In this document: piece after piece, positions 11,801 through 21,944 of the stretch
Layout: every line of letters begins with the position of its first letter
Numbering within the stretch: position 1 is the stretch's first letter
From: Takakia lepidozioides
Lineage: Eukaryota; Plantae; Bryophyta
Length of the DNA stretch: 64,000 nucleotides
Direction of reading: 5' to 3'
Assembly: GCA_030704615.1 (NCBI GenBank)
Contig: CM060732.1
Coordinates: 9,858,001 to 9,922,000, forward strand
Program-made: the position numbers and the translations under genes
The notes under the pieces: model-generated
What the model was told of the DNA's origin: nothing
Databases searched by the model: none
Seen by the model: only the letters and a program-made list of their open reading frames with translations

Positions 11801-13844
11801 GTCTTGAAATATAGCCTGTACAGAATATTGCAGGTCTTCTCTTGTAGAATATCGATCTCACGGGGTTCCTGCTGTAATCTGAACTGGCGGACTGTAATTT
11901 TCTATGCATTTTGCCTACTGAGAAGCATGGACGCCAATTTCAATTTGCGGGAGATAGCTGCAAAGCTTGACACCGACCACAACTGCGTCACTGAGGATGT
12001 GGTGAGGAACATGGTCAGAGAGGATAGACTCCACAAACGACAAGATGGCACCTTCTTCCGCTGGGCTCGTGAGAAAAGCCCAAGGTTCATGCAAACCTTC
12101 ATGGAGATGTGTTCACCAAAAGGGGGATCAATAGTCGATCTGACAGCGAGATGCGGGTCCTCCATGGTGGCTGCAACAATTTGCGAAAGACATCTGCTCA
12201 CGTTGGAAGGGGACGACGAGCTACTGCGAGAGAGGTTAGGAGAATTGCAGCGGCAGGCACCTGCGGCCAACGTTGTCACTAACACACCTGCCAACACCGA
12301 CTGGTTGAACGACGACAAGGATGACATTCAGATTCACGTACAATTGCTGGAGTGAGTAAGTTCAACTTCTATGTAAGTGTATTCATTTTTAGCATGTTCT
12401 GCATGTTCCCATTTCCCCAAATCATCCTTCTTGCAAAATATGATATAATATGTTCTGTCGTAATTGCAGTTACGAGCCGCCCTTGCAAATTGCGAAGCGT
12501 CCCGCTGAGGCCATCATGGGGATTCCAGGGTCTTCCATGGATTTCGGGAGGGAGGACGTTGGTAGGGAGAAGAGGTTCAAAGTGGAGGAATGGGTTGTTG
12601 CACTAACGACTCTGGAAAAATGGTACGACCTGCCTCCCTATGCGGCAGCAACAGCCCTGGCTCAGGCGGAGCAACCGTGGACAGGAATGTCTTAGCAGGC
12701 ACAATGGCCAACACAGGTGAGGGCTGCTACACAATTTGCAACGGTACAGAACTATTTTGACAATTCTGCAGAAGAGGGCTCTGAAAGCGAGGATCCAACC
12801 ACCGAGGAAGGCTTCGAGGAAGAGTGTGTTGACGAGGGCGTTGGTGAGGAGAGGACTCTTGGCCCAAAGATTTGTTTAAGACTTGGCCTTGACTTGCTCT
12901 CGGGTCCTTCTCCCGTAACAATAGTTTCTGGGGTGTTGCAGGACATAGCGTCAGAGTATGGTGAGGACCCTGGTAGTCCGAATGTTAGCATTTGCTTTTC
13001 TTGGAATGCAGACACAAAGGGGATTATCTGATGAGCTGAATCATGTGGAATATATCGTCCAGTGATATGGGTGTAATTGAATGTTGCGCATAATTTTATT
13101 CCAATGTGGTTGTTCAGACTTTTTAAATGATCTTCACATCCTCTCCATCCTCCAACCCTTCACATTCCCCTGGTTTGGAATTGCTGGAGTGCTGAGCCTG
13201 GTCTGCTGAAGCCATAAAGTACCTCGGACAAATATCCAAATGAATCAAGTCACTAGTCTGCTCATTGATGTCATGACCGTTGATGACATGACAGCAGCAA
13301 TGCCCAAATATTTTACTTTCCATGTGCACACTCCTTCCCTCACAGACAATCACTCTTCATCTATGTCCATTTCAAGAACAAGTAGCTTTGAACTATGTAG
13401 TTATAAGCACAACAGTTCAATAGACTGTTGTGCTTGTCACAAATTAAGGCAATACAAAAATGTGGTCCAGAAAGAGGCAATGCATACACCGTTTCCTTCA
13501 ACCTCCCCCATCTTCCTGGGTTATGTGACAATTTTATACAGGTCTAGTTTTGACTGGGGATGATATAGTCGGTGGCGACCATAACACCCAACATTGCCGT
13601 ACGGACTTGCCAATTATGAAAGTGGTGCTATAGTCGGTGGCGACTACAACAACTCATCTGCATGCCACGGTCATAGGCGTTCCACCTCCTATTTCCGTGG
13701 ACTGTTACCAAGATGCATTAAGTCGGCAATTTTGATTGCCGACCTCCACCTTCGATTATGTTCGGTGTAGGTTCGGGCGAGGGTGGGGAACCTCTGCTCA
13801 TGCTCATGCGCTCACCGCTCATGCTCATGGATTTGCAACCCCCG
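8836..13844 (+). mobile_element. TIR element of the same terminal family carrying a DNA methyltransferase-like gene
   Basis: Left end GGGGGCGTGCTAGATTGTGAGC. Right end 13792-13844 reads CGGGGGTTGCAAATCCATGAGCATGAGCGGTGAGC on the reverse strand and closely matches 3804-3856. Shares TAGTCG-N5-CGACTA palindromes with copy 1. Confidence 0.6.
10780..12355 (+). pseudogene. Beta-class N6-adenine/N4-cytosine DNA methyltransferase-like gene, degenerate and intron-split
   Basis: DLVMVDLPDG (motif IV, DPPY-like), ASSLLKDDGCLVIFC, GT donor at 11387, then EKSPRFMQTFMEMCSPKGGSIVDLTARCGSSMVAATICERHLLTLEGD (motifs X-I-II of N6_N4_Mtase). In-frame stop at 10937. Confidence 0.7.
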
Positions 13845-13935
13845 ACTTCGGCTTCAAAATCCAACATAGGCCAGGTATGAAGCACGGTAATGTAGATGCA
13901 TTGAGCAGATTTCCAGTACACAGCAAATATGACGA
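13845..13935 (+). mobile_element. Ty3/Gypsy RNase H C-terminal remnant
   Basis: DFGFKIQHRPGMKHGNVDALSRF. Confidence 0.7.
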
Positions 13936-15182
13936 GTGATCTTGAAATCTTCACCACTAATTGTAGCAAGGCAGATGAAGAGGGAAGGATAATAATTGAC
14001 ACTCATCTGGAATTGGAGTAGTCGTTTTGTGGTTGCTCATTCGCCCCTCTCGCACCCTTTCCATCTCCACTCTTCGCCCCATCTCTGTTTTTCTTATGCT
14101 GCAACCTGAGAGCTGTGAGGAAGTTCCTGCACCAGAGAAGAGACGTTGTCGCAAGCTCCGCAAGTTGTACTTCGGACCTAGACCAATGCCAAAGGGGAAG
14201 AAGCAAATGCATCTTCAGGAGGAGATGGTCATCGCGCAGCAGCAGGCACCAAGTTTCGGCAACTTAGGGACATGTATTTGTGTGACTAGAACAGGTTCTT
14301 CAATTTCTGTAATGTGGTTTTTCTTTTCATTTGTTATTATGGTACATCTCGTGAGCCATTGGATGTAGATCAAACGATTCAGTTGAGTGAACTGTCTTTT
14401 AGGCAAAACCTTCTCTTCGATGTACTTATCCAGGCATGGACACCTACTCCAACATTCTGTACGTGAAGGAGTGTTTTGCGGCACTTAGCCACCTGGCACA
14501 CAAATCTGTACTCACAGACAACTACAGACCTAAAACCTGTTGCATCATTGGAAACTACTACAGAAAGCGCAGCATGAGAAGGCCGTCCTCTACTTCCAAG
14601 CGTGCTCTGAGACTCAACCGCAAATATCTCCCTACATGGACGATTATGGGCCATGAATATGTAGAGATGAAAAACACGCCAGCTGCAATTGACGCGTATC
14701 GACGGGCTGTGGATATTAACCCCGGGGAGTATCGAGCCTGGTATGGGCTTGGGCAGACATATGAAATATTATTGATGCCCTATTATGCTCTCTACTATTA
14801 TCGGCAAGCAACCTAGTTAAATGATGCCCGGATGTGGTGTGCTATGGGACAATGCCATGAAAATGAGCAACTGCAGATGCATGATTCTGCAATTCGATGT
14901 TACAGACGGGCAGTAAGTAACAATGACAGAGAGGGTATTGCTCTCCATAAGCTGGCAAAATTGCACGAGAGCTTAGGACAGGCTGAGCAGGCTGCATTCT
15001 ACTACAGGAAAAACTTGGAGAGGATGGAAGCTGATCAGAATGAAGGCCAAGATATTGTAGACGCACTGCTTTTCTTGGGAAATTATTGCAAGAACAAGGG
15101 CTCCCTGGATGAGGCTGAGATCTTCTGCACACGATCTGGATTATGGTGGCCCTGTAAGCTCTCTCTCTCTCTCTCTCCCTCT

Positions 15183-17275
15183 CTGGAAGACTGAAATGAT
15201 CCCCTTTCGCTGGCGACAGGGGGTCATTGTCAATCTATACAAGAAGGGTGACAAAGAAGAATCGGGGAACTACCGTGGCATCACGCTCCTCAATGCTGTT
15301 GGCAAGACATTCTGCAGAGTTATAAGTACTCGTCTCAAGGTTGATCTGGAGTCTAGAGGTTGTTTCCATGAAGGCCAAGCTGGCTTTCGGCAAAACAGGG
15401 GCTGTGTGGATCATATCTTCACTCTAAGCCAGATTATCCAGGGAAGGAAAAAAGAAGGGAAACCCACTTATGTCTTTTTCCTGGATGTCAAAAAGGCTTA
15501 TGACACAGTGTGGAGAGATGGTTCTGCCTCTGGTCTTGTGGGATCAAGGGAAAGATGTGGAGAGTTGTCCACAACTTGTATGCTCACACCAAAAGCTGTG
15601 TCACTGTTAACGGACAGAAGTCCAACTTCTTTGACATAGACCAAGGTGTAGCTCAAGGATGTACTCTCTCCCCTCTGCTCTTCAATGTTTTCATCAATCA
15701 ACTCCTCGAGGATGTGGAGAGTGAGGGATTTGGGTTAAGGGTTGGTGATACCACCATACCAGCCCTTATGTTTGCGGATGACTTCGCAGGCATAGGGGAG
15801 ACTCCAACCAATCTCCAGGAGTTGATTGATTGCGCGAAGAGATACTTTGATCTTTGGGGGCTAGAGGCTAATGTCAGCAAATGTGCAGTGGTAGCATTCA
15901 ACGACAGAGGAGAGGGAGGAAGTAATCTTAAGTGGCAGTGGGGTAGCCAAGAGATCCCGGTCCTCCCTTCCTACACTTACCTGGGCGTTGAGTTCTCCTC
16001 CAATTGTAATTGGGATGCACATATCCGGAAAGTTGTTCAAACTGGCAAGGGCAAAGCTCTGGGGCTCACTAAATTTTTCCACTGCAGAGGGGTCAACTCT
16101 GAGGTTAAGAAAACCATGCTTTGTCGCGTTATTAGACCTGCCTTGGAGTACGGATCTGCTATATGGGTTGATAACTCCAACCAGGCTAAGTTTCTAGAAT
16201 CCATTCAAGTGGGGGTGCTTAAGGAGTATATGTCAGCATGCTCCAAAACAGCCAATGTGGCTGTTTGGGGTGAGTTTGGCATTCCATCCTTAAGCTCCCG
16301 ACGAGATGAATTCAAGGTCAGATGGTGGGGTCAGCTGCAACATATGCCCAACACCAGATATCCTAAGTTAATCGACTCTATATCTTGGAAACAGGACCGC
16401 CCTGTCAAACAGGCTGAGTCCTGGCAGAAGAGAGTAGAAGAGATCCTCAAGGACCTAGACCTGGATCCGCAAGTCTTGACCCTGCTGGATAAATTTGACT
16501 TAGAGGCTGTAGTGTCCTCAGCCATGTTTGTTGCCATGAGATTCTCTGATGAAAATGAAGTTAGGCAGAAAACTTCCCTGAACTTGTTTCCAGTCTGTGA
16601 CACGGGGGAGGACATCTTGGATGACCTCAAGGGTCTAACCACTCTCGGCACTAGACTGAAATTTAAACTTGGGGCAGGAAGCCTACCTTTGAACAGCAAA
16701 CAGAAGCAGAGAGGAAAGGGAGAGTGCAATTGCCCGTTGTGTGGGCAATCTGAAGACAGTATTCATTTTCTGATACACTGTCCGGGGTTCTCTCACCAAA
16801 AAGACGCTCTCTTCAAATCTATTAAGGGAATTGTGCTTGTACCCCTGTTTACCAACTTTGAAAGTCTCGAGGCTGAGCCAAAAGCCCAGGCCCTCTTGAG
16901 GCCTAGTTTTTGGGCAAATCACACACATCAGATTGATGCTTGTGTGAAGGGATTTCTAGAGGATATCTGGAGAACCCGGATTAATTCTATATATGGAGGT
17001 AAGTCTTACTACCAACGTCAGCCCCTGACAGAGATAGGTTATGTCCCTTTTGTTCCCGCTCAAACTGGTCATCAACCCAGCCTCACCATAAGAGAAACAA
17101 CGATAATTTATTGGTCATCACCCCAGCCTCACCACCAACAGCACGCTATAGAGTTGGCCGGCCACAATATTTCCGAACCAACCACCTATAAAAGCAAGCG
17201 CTCAAACCAAACTAGCATGGCGCATAGTCAATGGCCACAAGGCTACGGCAAACAACGTCTTATGAGTACAATCTC
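15183..17275 (+). mobile_element. 5'-truncated LINE (RT plus C-terminal CCHC; RTE-X/L2-like), copy 1
   Basis: GNYRGITLL, EGQAGFR, FLDVKKAYDTV, GVAQGCTLSPLLF, MFADD, YTYLGV and CPLCG..EDSIHFLIHC. Frameshift near 15510. Confidence 0.9.
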
Positions 17276-17589
17276 TCCCTCCCCAGAGTGACGGGCATGC
17301 CATTTCTGTGGTTAGCATAGGGCTGTAAAATAAAACCAGTAAGCCTGCAACCAGGCTGTCAAGTTTGCATGGGAACAACAAATGCCTCTGTGAGCACCTT
17401 AATGGCAGTTGTGAGAAAATAAGTTCTAAATGTAGTTGAGCTGTGGGGATAAACTAAACCCTGGTGGGTGCAAACCCCACAGAAGGCTACGGGAGTGTTA
17501 GTTTCCTGTGGGGTCAATGGCTGTAAGGCTTTGACAAGCCACAGGGAAAGGCAAGAGTACATTCTCTCTCTCTCTTTCTTCTTAAACTC

Positions 17590-20062
17590 AAGATAGCTGA
17601 GAGACGAGTCCTCTATACAGAGTGCTGCAACTTGAAAACCAACAAAGAATTGTGGGCTAGGTACTGCCAGATCCGCAAAGATATCAATCAGCTTGTAAGG
17701 TCCCAGAAGAAATTATACTGGGACAAGCTATACAGTGAAGAAACTCAAACCACCATGGTAGTAATGACAAGAGATTCTGGTTGGCCCTTCAATGTTTGTA
17801 CAAGCCGAAAAACTGTCAGCAAGTACAAGTGCTGAGGACTACTAAGGGTGCAGTGGTGACTTCAACGGTTGACATTGTCAAACCTTGGAAACCCACTACC
17901 GTATCCTTGGCAGAACTTCTAGGTCTAACAGTGAGGGGTCCTCTGAAGAATGGAAGGACACAGTTGGAAAAACTGTTCCTACGATTCAAGACAGCCCTGA
18001 CTGGAGTATATTTCAAAGGCTTACAACGCTCCCATTAGTTCTTCTGAGATTGTGGAAGCAATTGAGCATGTAAACGGATATAAAGCTGGTGGACCTGATG
18101 GCATAGTCAACGAGCTTATCAAGCACGGTGGCGATCCCATGATAGAGGCCCTAGTTCTTCTCTTTAACCTTATCTGGAAGATTGAAACGATCCCCTTTCG
18201 CTGGCGACAGGGGGTCACTGTTAATCTATACAAGAAGGGTGACAGAGAAGAACCGGGGAACTACCGAGGCATCACGCTCCTCAATGCTGTTTTGCAGAGT
18301 TATAAGTACTCGTCTCGAGGTTGATCTGGAATCTAGAGGTTGTTTCCACGAAGGCCAAGCTGCCTGTCGGCAAAACAAGGGCTGTGTGGATCATATCTTC
18401 ACTCTAAGCCAGATTGTCCAAGGAAGGAAAAAAGAAAGGAACCCCACTTTTGTTTTTTTCTTGGATGTCAAAAAGGCTTATGACAGTGTGGAGAGACGGT
18501 CTATGGCTCCGACTCTGGTTATGTGGGATCCAGGGAAAGATGTGGAGAGTTTAACTTGTATCCTCACACCAAAAGTTGTGTGACTGTTAATGGACAAAAG
18601 TCTAACTTCTTTGACATAGACCAAGGTGTAGCTCAAGGATGTACCCTCTCCCCTCTGCTCTTCAATGTTTTCATCCATCAACTCCTCGAGGATGTGGAAA
18701 GTGAGGGATTTGGGTTAAGGGTGGGTGATGCCACCATACCAGCCCGTATCTTTGTGGATGACTTCGCAGGCATAGGGGAGACTCCTTCCAACCTCCGGAG
18801 TTGATTGATTGCGCGAAGAGATATTTTGACCTTTGGGGGCTAGAGGCTAACGTCAGTAATGTGCAGTGGTGGCATTCAACGACTAAGGAGAGGGAGGAAG
18901 TGATCTGAAGTGGCAGTGGGGTAGCCAAGAGAGTCCTCCATTCCTACACATACCTGGGCGTTGAATTTTCCTCCAACTGTAATTGGGATGCTCAGAAAGT
19001 TGTTCAAACTGGCAAGCGCAAAGCGCTGGGTCTCACTAAATTTTTCCACTGCAGAGGGATCAACTCTGAGGTCAAGAAAACCATGCTTTGTCGCGTTATT
19101 AGACCTGCCTTGGAGTACGCATCTGCAATATGGGTTGATAACTCCAACCAGGCTAAGTCTCTAGAATCCATTCAAGTGGGGGTGCTTAAGGAGTGCATAT
19201 GAGCATGCTCCAATACAGCCAATGTGGCTGTTCGGGGTGAATTTGGCATCCCTTCCTTCAGCTCCCGACGAGATGAATTCAAGGTCAGATGGTGGGGTCA
19301 GCTGCAACCTATGCCCAACATCAGATATCCTAAGTTAATCGACTCTATATCTTGGAAAAGGATCGCCCTGTCAAATAGGCCAAGTCCTGGCAGAAGAGAG
19401 TAGAAGAGATTCTCAAGGATCTGAATCTTAATCCGCAAGTCTTGACCCTGCTGGATAAATGTGACTTAGAGGCTGTAGTGTCCAAAGCCACGTCTGTTAC
19501 CAGGAAATTGTCTGATGAAAATGAGGTTAGGCAGAAAACTTCCCTGAACTTGTTTCCACTCTGTGACATGGGTCTACCCACTCTCGGCACTAGACTGAAA
19601 TTTAAACTCAGGGCAGGAAGCCTACCTTTGAACAACAAACAGAAGCAGAGAGGAAAAGGAGAGTGCAATTGCTCGTTGTGTGGGCAACCTAAAGACAATA
19701 TTCATTTTCTGATTCACTGTCCGGGGTTCTCTCACCAGAGAGACGCTCTCCTCAAATCTATCAAGGGAATTGTGCATGTACCTCTATTTACCAACTTTGA
19801 AAGTCTCGAGGCTGAGCCAAAAGCCCAGGCCCTTTTGGGGCCTAGTTATTGGGCAAACCACACACAGCAGATTGATGCTTGTGTGAAGGGATTTCTAGAG
19901 GATATATGGAAAACCCAGATCAATGTTTTATTTCAAGGTAAGTCTTACTATCGACGTCAGCCCCTGACAAAGGTAGGTTCTGTCCCTTTGTGTTCCGCTC
20001 AAACTGGGTGCGGGGTCAATGGCCACAAGGCTACCGCAAACAGCGTCTTATCAGTACATTCT
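17590..20062 (+). mobile_element. LINE copy 2, more degenerate, same family, tandem to copy 1
   Basis: Highly similar to 15183-17275 and extends further 5' (AGGPDGIVNELIK). Many frameshifts. Same 3' end GTCAATGGCCACAAGGCTA...GTACA. Confidence 0.9.
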
Positions 20063-21183
20063 GTGTCTTCTACTTGGCATTGTGAGACCATTCATCCTGA
20101 AACTCCTCAAGCATTTGCATATTTCAAACTTAGAAAGATCAATGTTTGGTGAAGAGATTTAAACAGTGGTTGCACCACTTCTTGTGGATGTTGAATATTC
20201 ATTTGTCATTTGGTTGTGGATGATGATAGTATCTGCCAGTATTCTCAAGCATTAGATTCTGAACTTTAATCTTGGATTCTTGGCTGAAAGTTTTGTTGGT
20301 GCAGGCCAATACTTTGAGAGATTCGGAGTGTGCAGCAACACGCATTAAATCCACCATCCATGGATCTTGAACTATTTACCCCCTGACCCTTCTTCCTCTT
20401 GATCCAATTTTAATCCAAAAGAGGGTAACAAGCCCTGAGGACTTGAGGCCGTTAAGTGGTAAGCTTTAGTAAGCTTTGCATTCTGTCAACTAGTTGTCCT
20501 CTCTATCATCCGGATGGGCTCTTCAAGAGCATATAGCAAGTCATTGTTACTGCAAGGAAAATAAAATTTTCCTCATTTCAGTCTTTTTGGTTACAAGTTA
20601 CAACCAATACTGATGGATCCTGTTGGTCAGCAGTGGTGCTCAAGTGGAGAAATCTAGATCCCAGCTACTACTATGCATACCCCTATGAGTTACCCTGTAC
20701 TCTCTTCGATTGTGTGGCAACCATTGGCCTGTTGAGTGGACTTGTCATTGAATATTAAGAATGCTAGAAATCCTTCTATCTAAGCTTCTGAGGTTGGACT
20801 CTCTAAAGCTGCACCCAAAGCTTTCTCCATTAAGAGCCCTGCCTTCCTGTCTCTCTCTTTTCCGAGGTTCATGACACTATCTTGGGATGGATGGATCTTG
20901 GGGTGGGTCTTTGCAACCCTGATTGCAGTAGTGGCCCCGTCCTCCTGCCCTCTTATTGTACCATCTTTGCATGCGCCCAGTGTGGGTGCTACAGAAGCCT
21001 AACGCCCCATTACAGTGCAGCATGAAGAGCTGATAAGGCCCTGATCACACTGGTCTAAATTAATTTAGGTGAGTGCACCGCCGGCATTTAAGGAGCCTGT
21101 GGAATCTGAATCTGCAAACTGAGCTCTCAACACCCAGTGTCTAGCTAACTGCAGTAAGTATGGCAAGAGTTCTGTGTGCATAC

Positions 21184-21688
21184 CAGTGTTGGTCTGGTAT
21201 ATAGGTGAAGGACTGGTATAAAATATTGGTATATGCAGGGTATTAGATACCAGACCAGTCTGGTATCATTTGGGAGAATACTGGGTCATATACCAGACCA
21301 GGCTGGTATCAGTTTTTTCATACCAGCCTCAATACCAGTACTTCCCCGCCGTCTTCCTCATTTACTCTGGTATGTATACTATATTAATTTATGTGTATAT
21401 ATGCCTACATACTTGTACTTATGTATATTTATTTCTTTGTTTATATTGTATTTTTTTTCACTTGATACTTGCTAGTGATAAACTTGTAATTCAAGATGGC
21501 TTTGGAATGATACCAGAATTGATATCTCGTACCAGCTGATATTGTGGTCATGATACTCATACTCATACCAGTATGTAGAGAATTATACATCCACCATTAT
21601 ATAGACCAGACTGGTATAAATTTTTTGTGATACGTCTGGTACCAGGACCAGTCTGGTATGTCCTAACACTGATACCAGAACAACACTG
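21184..21688. mobile_element. Non-autonomous hAT MITE, 505 bp
   Basis: TIR CAGTGTTG...CAACACTG, 8-bp TSD GTGCATAC (21176-21183 and 21689-21696), internal ATACCAG/CTGGTAT repeats. Confidence 0.9.
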
Positions 21689-21944
21689 GTGCATACCAGT
21701 GTTGGGCGGTTACCCGCCTGGGCCCCGGGTAACCGCCGGTTCCGGTTTCGGTTATGTGGAACCGGACCGGAACCGGACCCGCCTGTGCAGAACCGGAACC
21801 GGAAATTGGGGATTGTGTGGGAACCGGAACCGGCGGTTCCAGCTACGACCACATGTGTGGGAACCGGGTTTGGGGTATAGGGTTCCGGTTCCGGTTCCGG
21901 TTCCACCCGTGGGCTGTAGCCCTAAGTGTCTCTAGTCTCTACGT

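Larger units (their letters stand above)
3864..13650. repeat. Dispersed palindrome (A)TAGTCG-N5-CGACTA(T)
   Basis: More than 15 copies, clustered at 3864-4170, 5062, 9776-10162, 11538-11757 and 13565-13648. Confidence 0.85.
14434..20386 (+). pseudogene. APC8: Anaphase-promoting complex subunit 8 (CDC23/APC8) 3'-half pseudogene; exons 14434-15152 and 20305-20386
   Basis: [59 protein letters not shown] and LDYGGP followed by a GTAAG donor. The last exon reads EIRSVQQHALNPPSMDLELFTP*. It has frameshifts, a stop, and LINEs in the last intron. Confidence 0.88.

Noticed and set aside
13120-13500. Possible second PPR relic on the minus strand (IWALLLSCH, SALQQFQ)
   Set aside because: Too few residues and too many stops to support.
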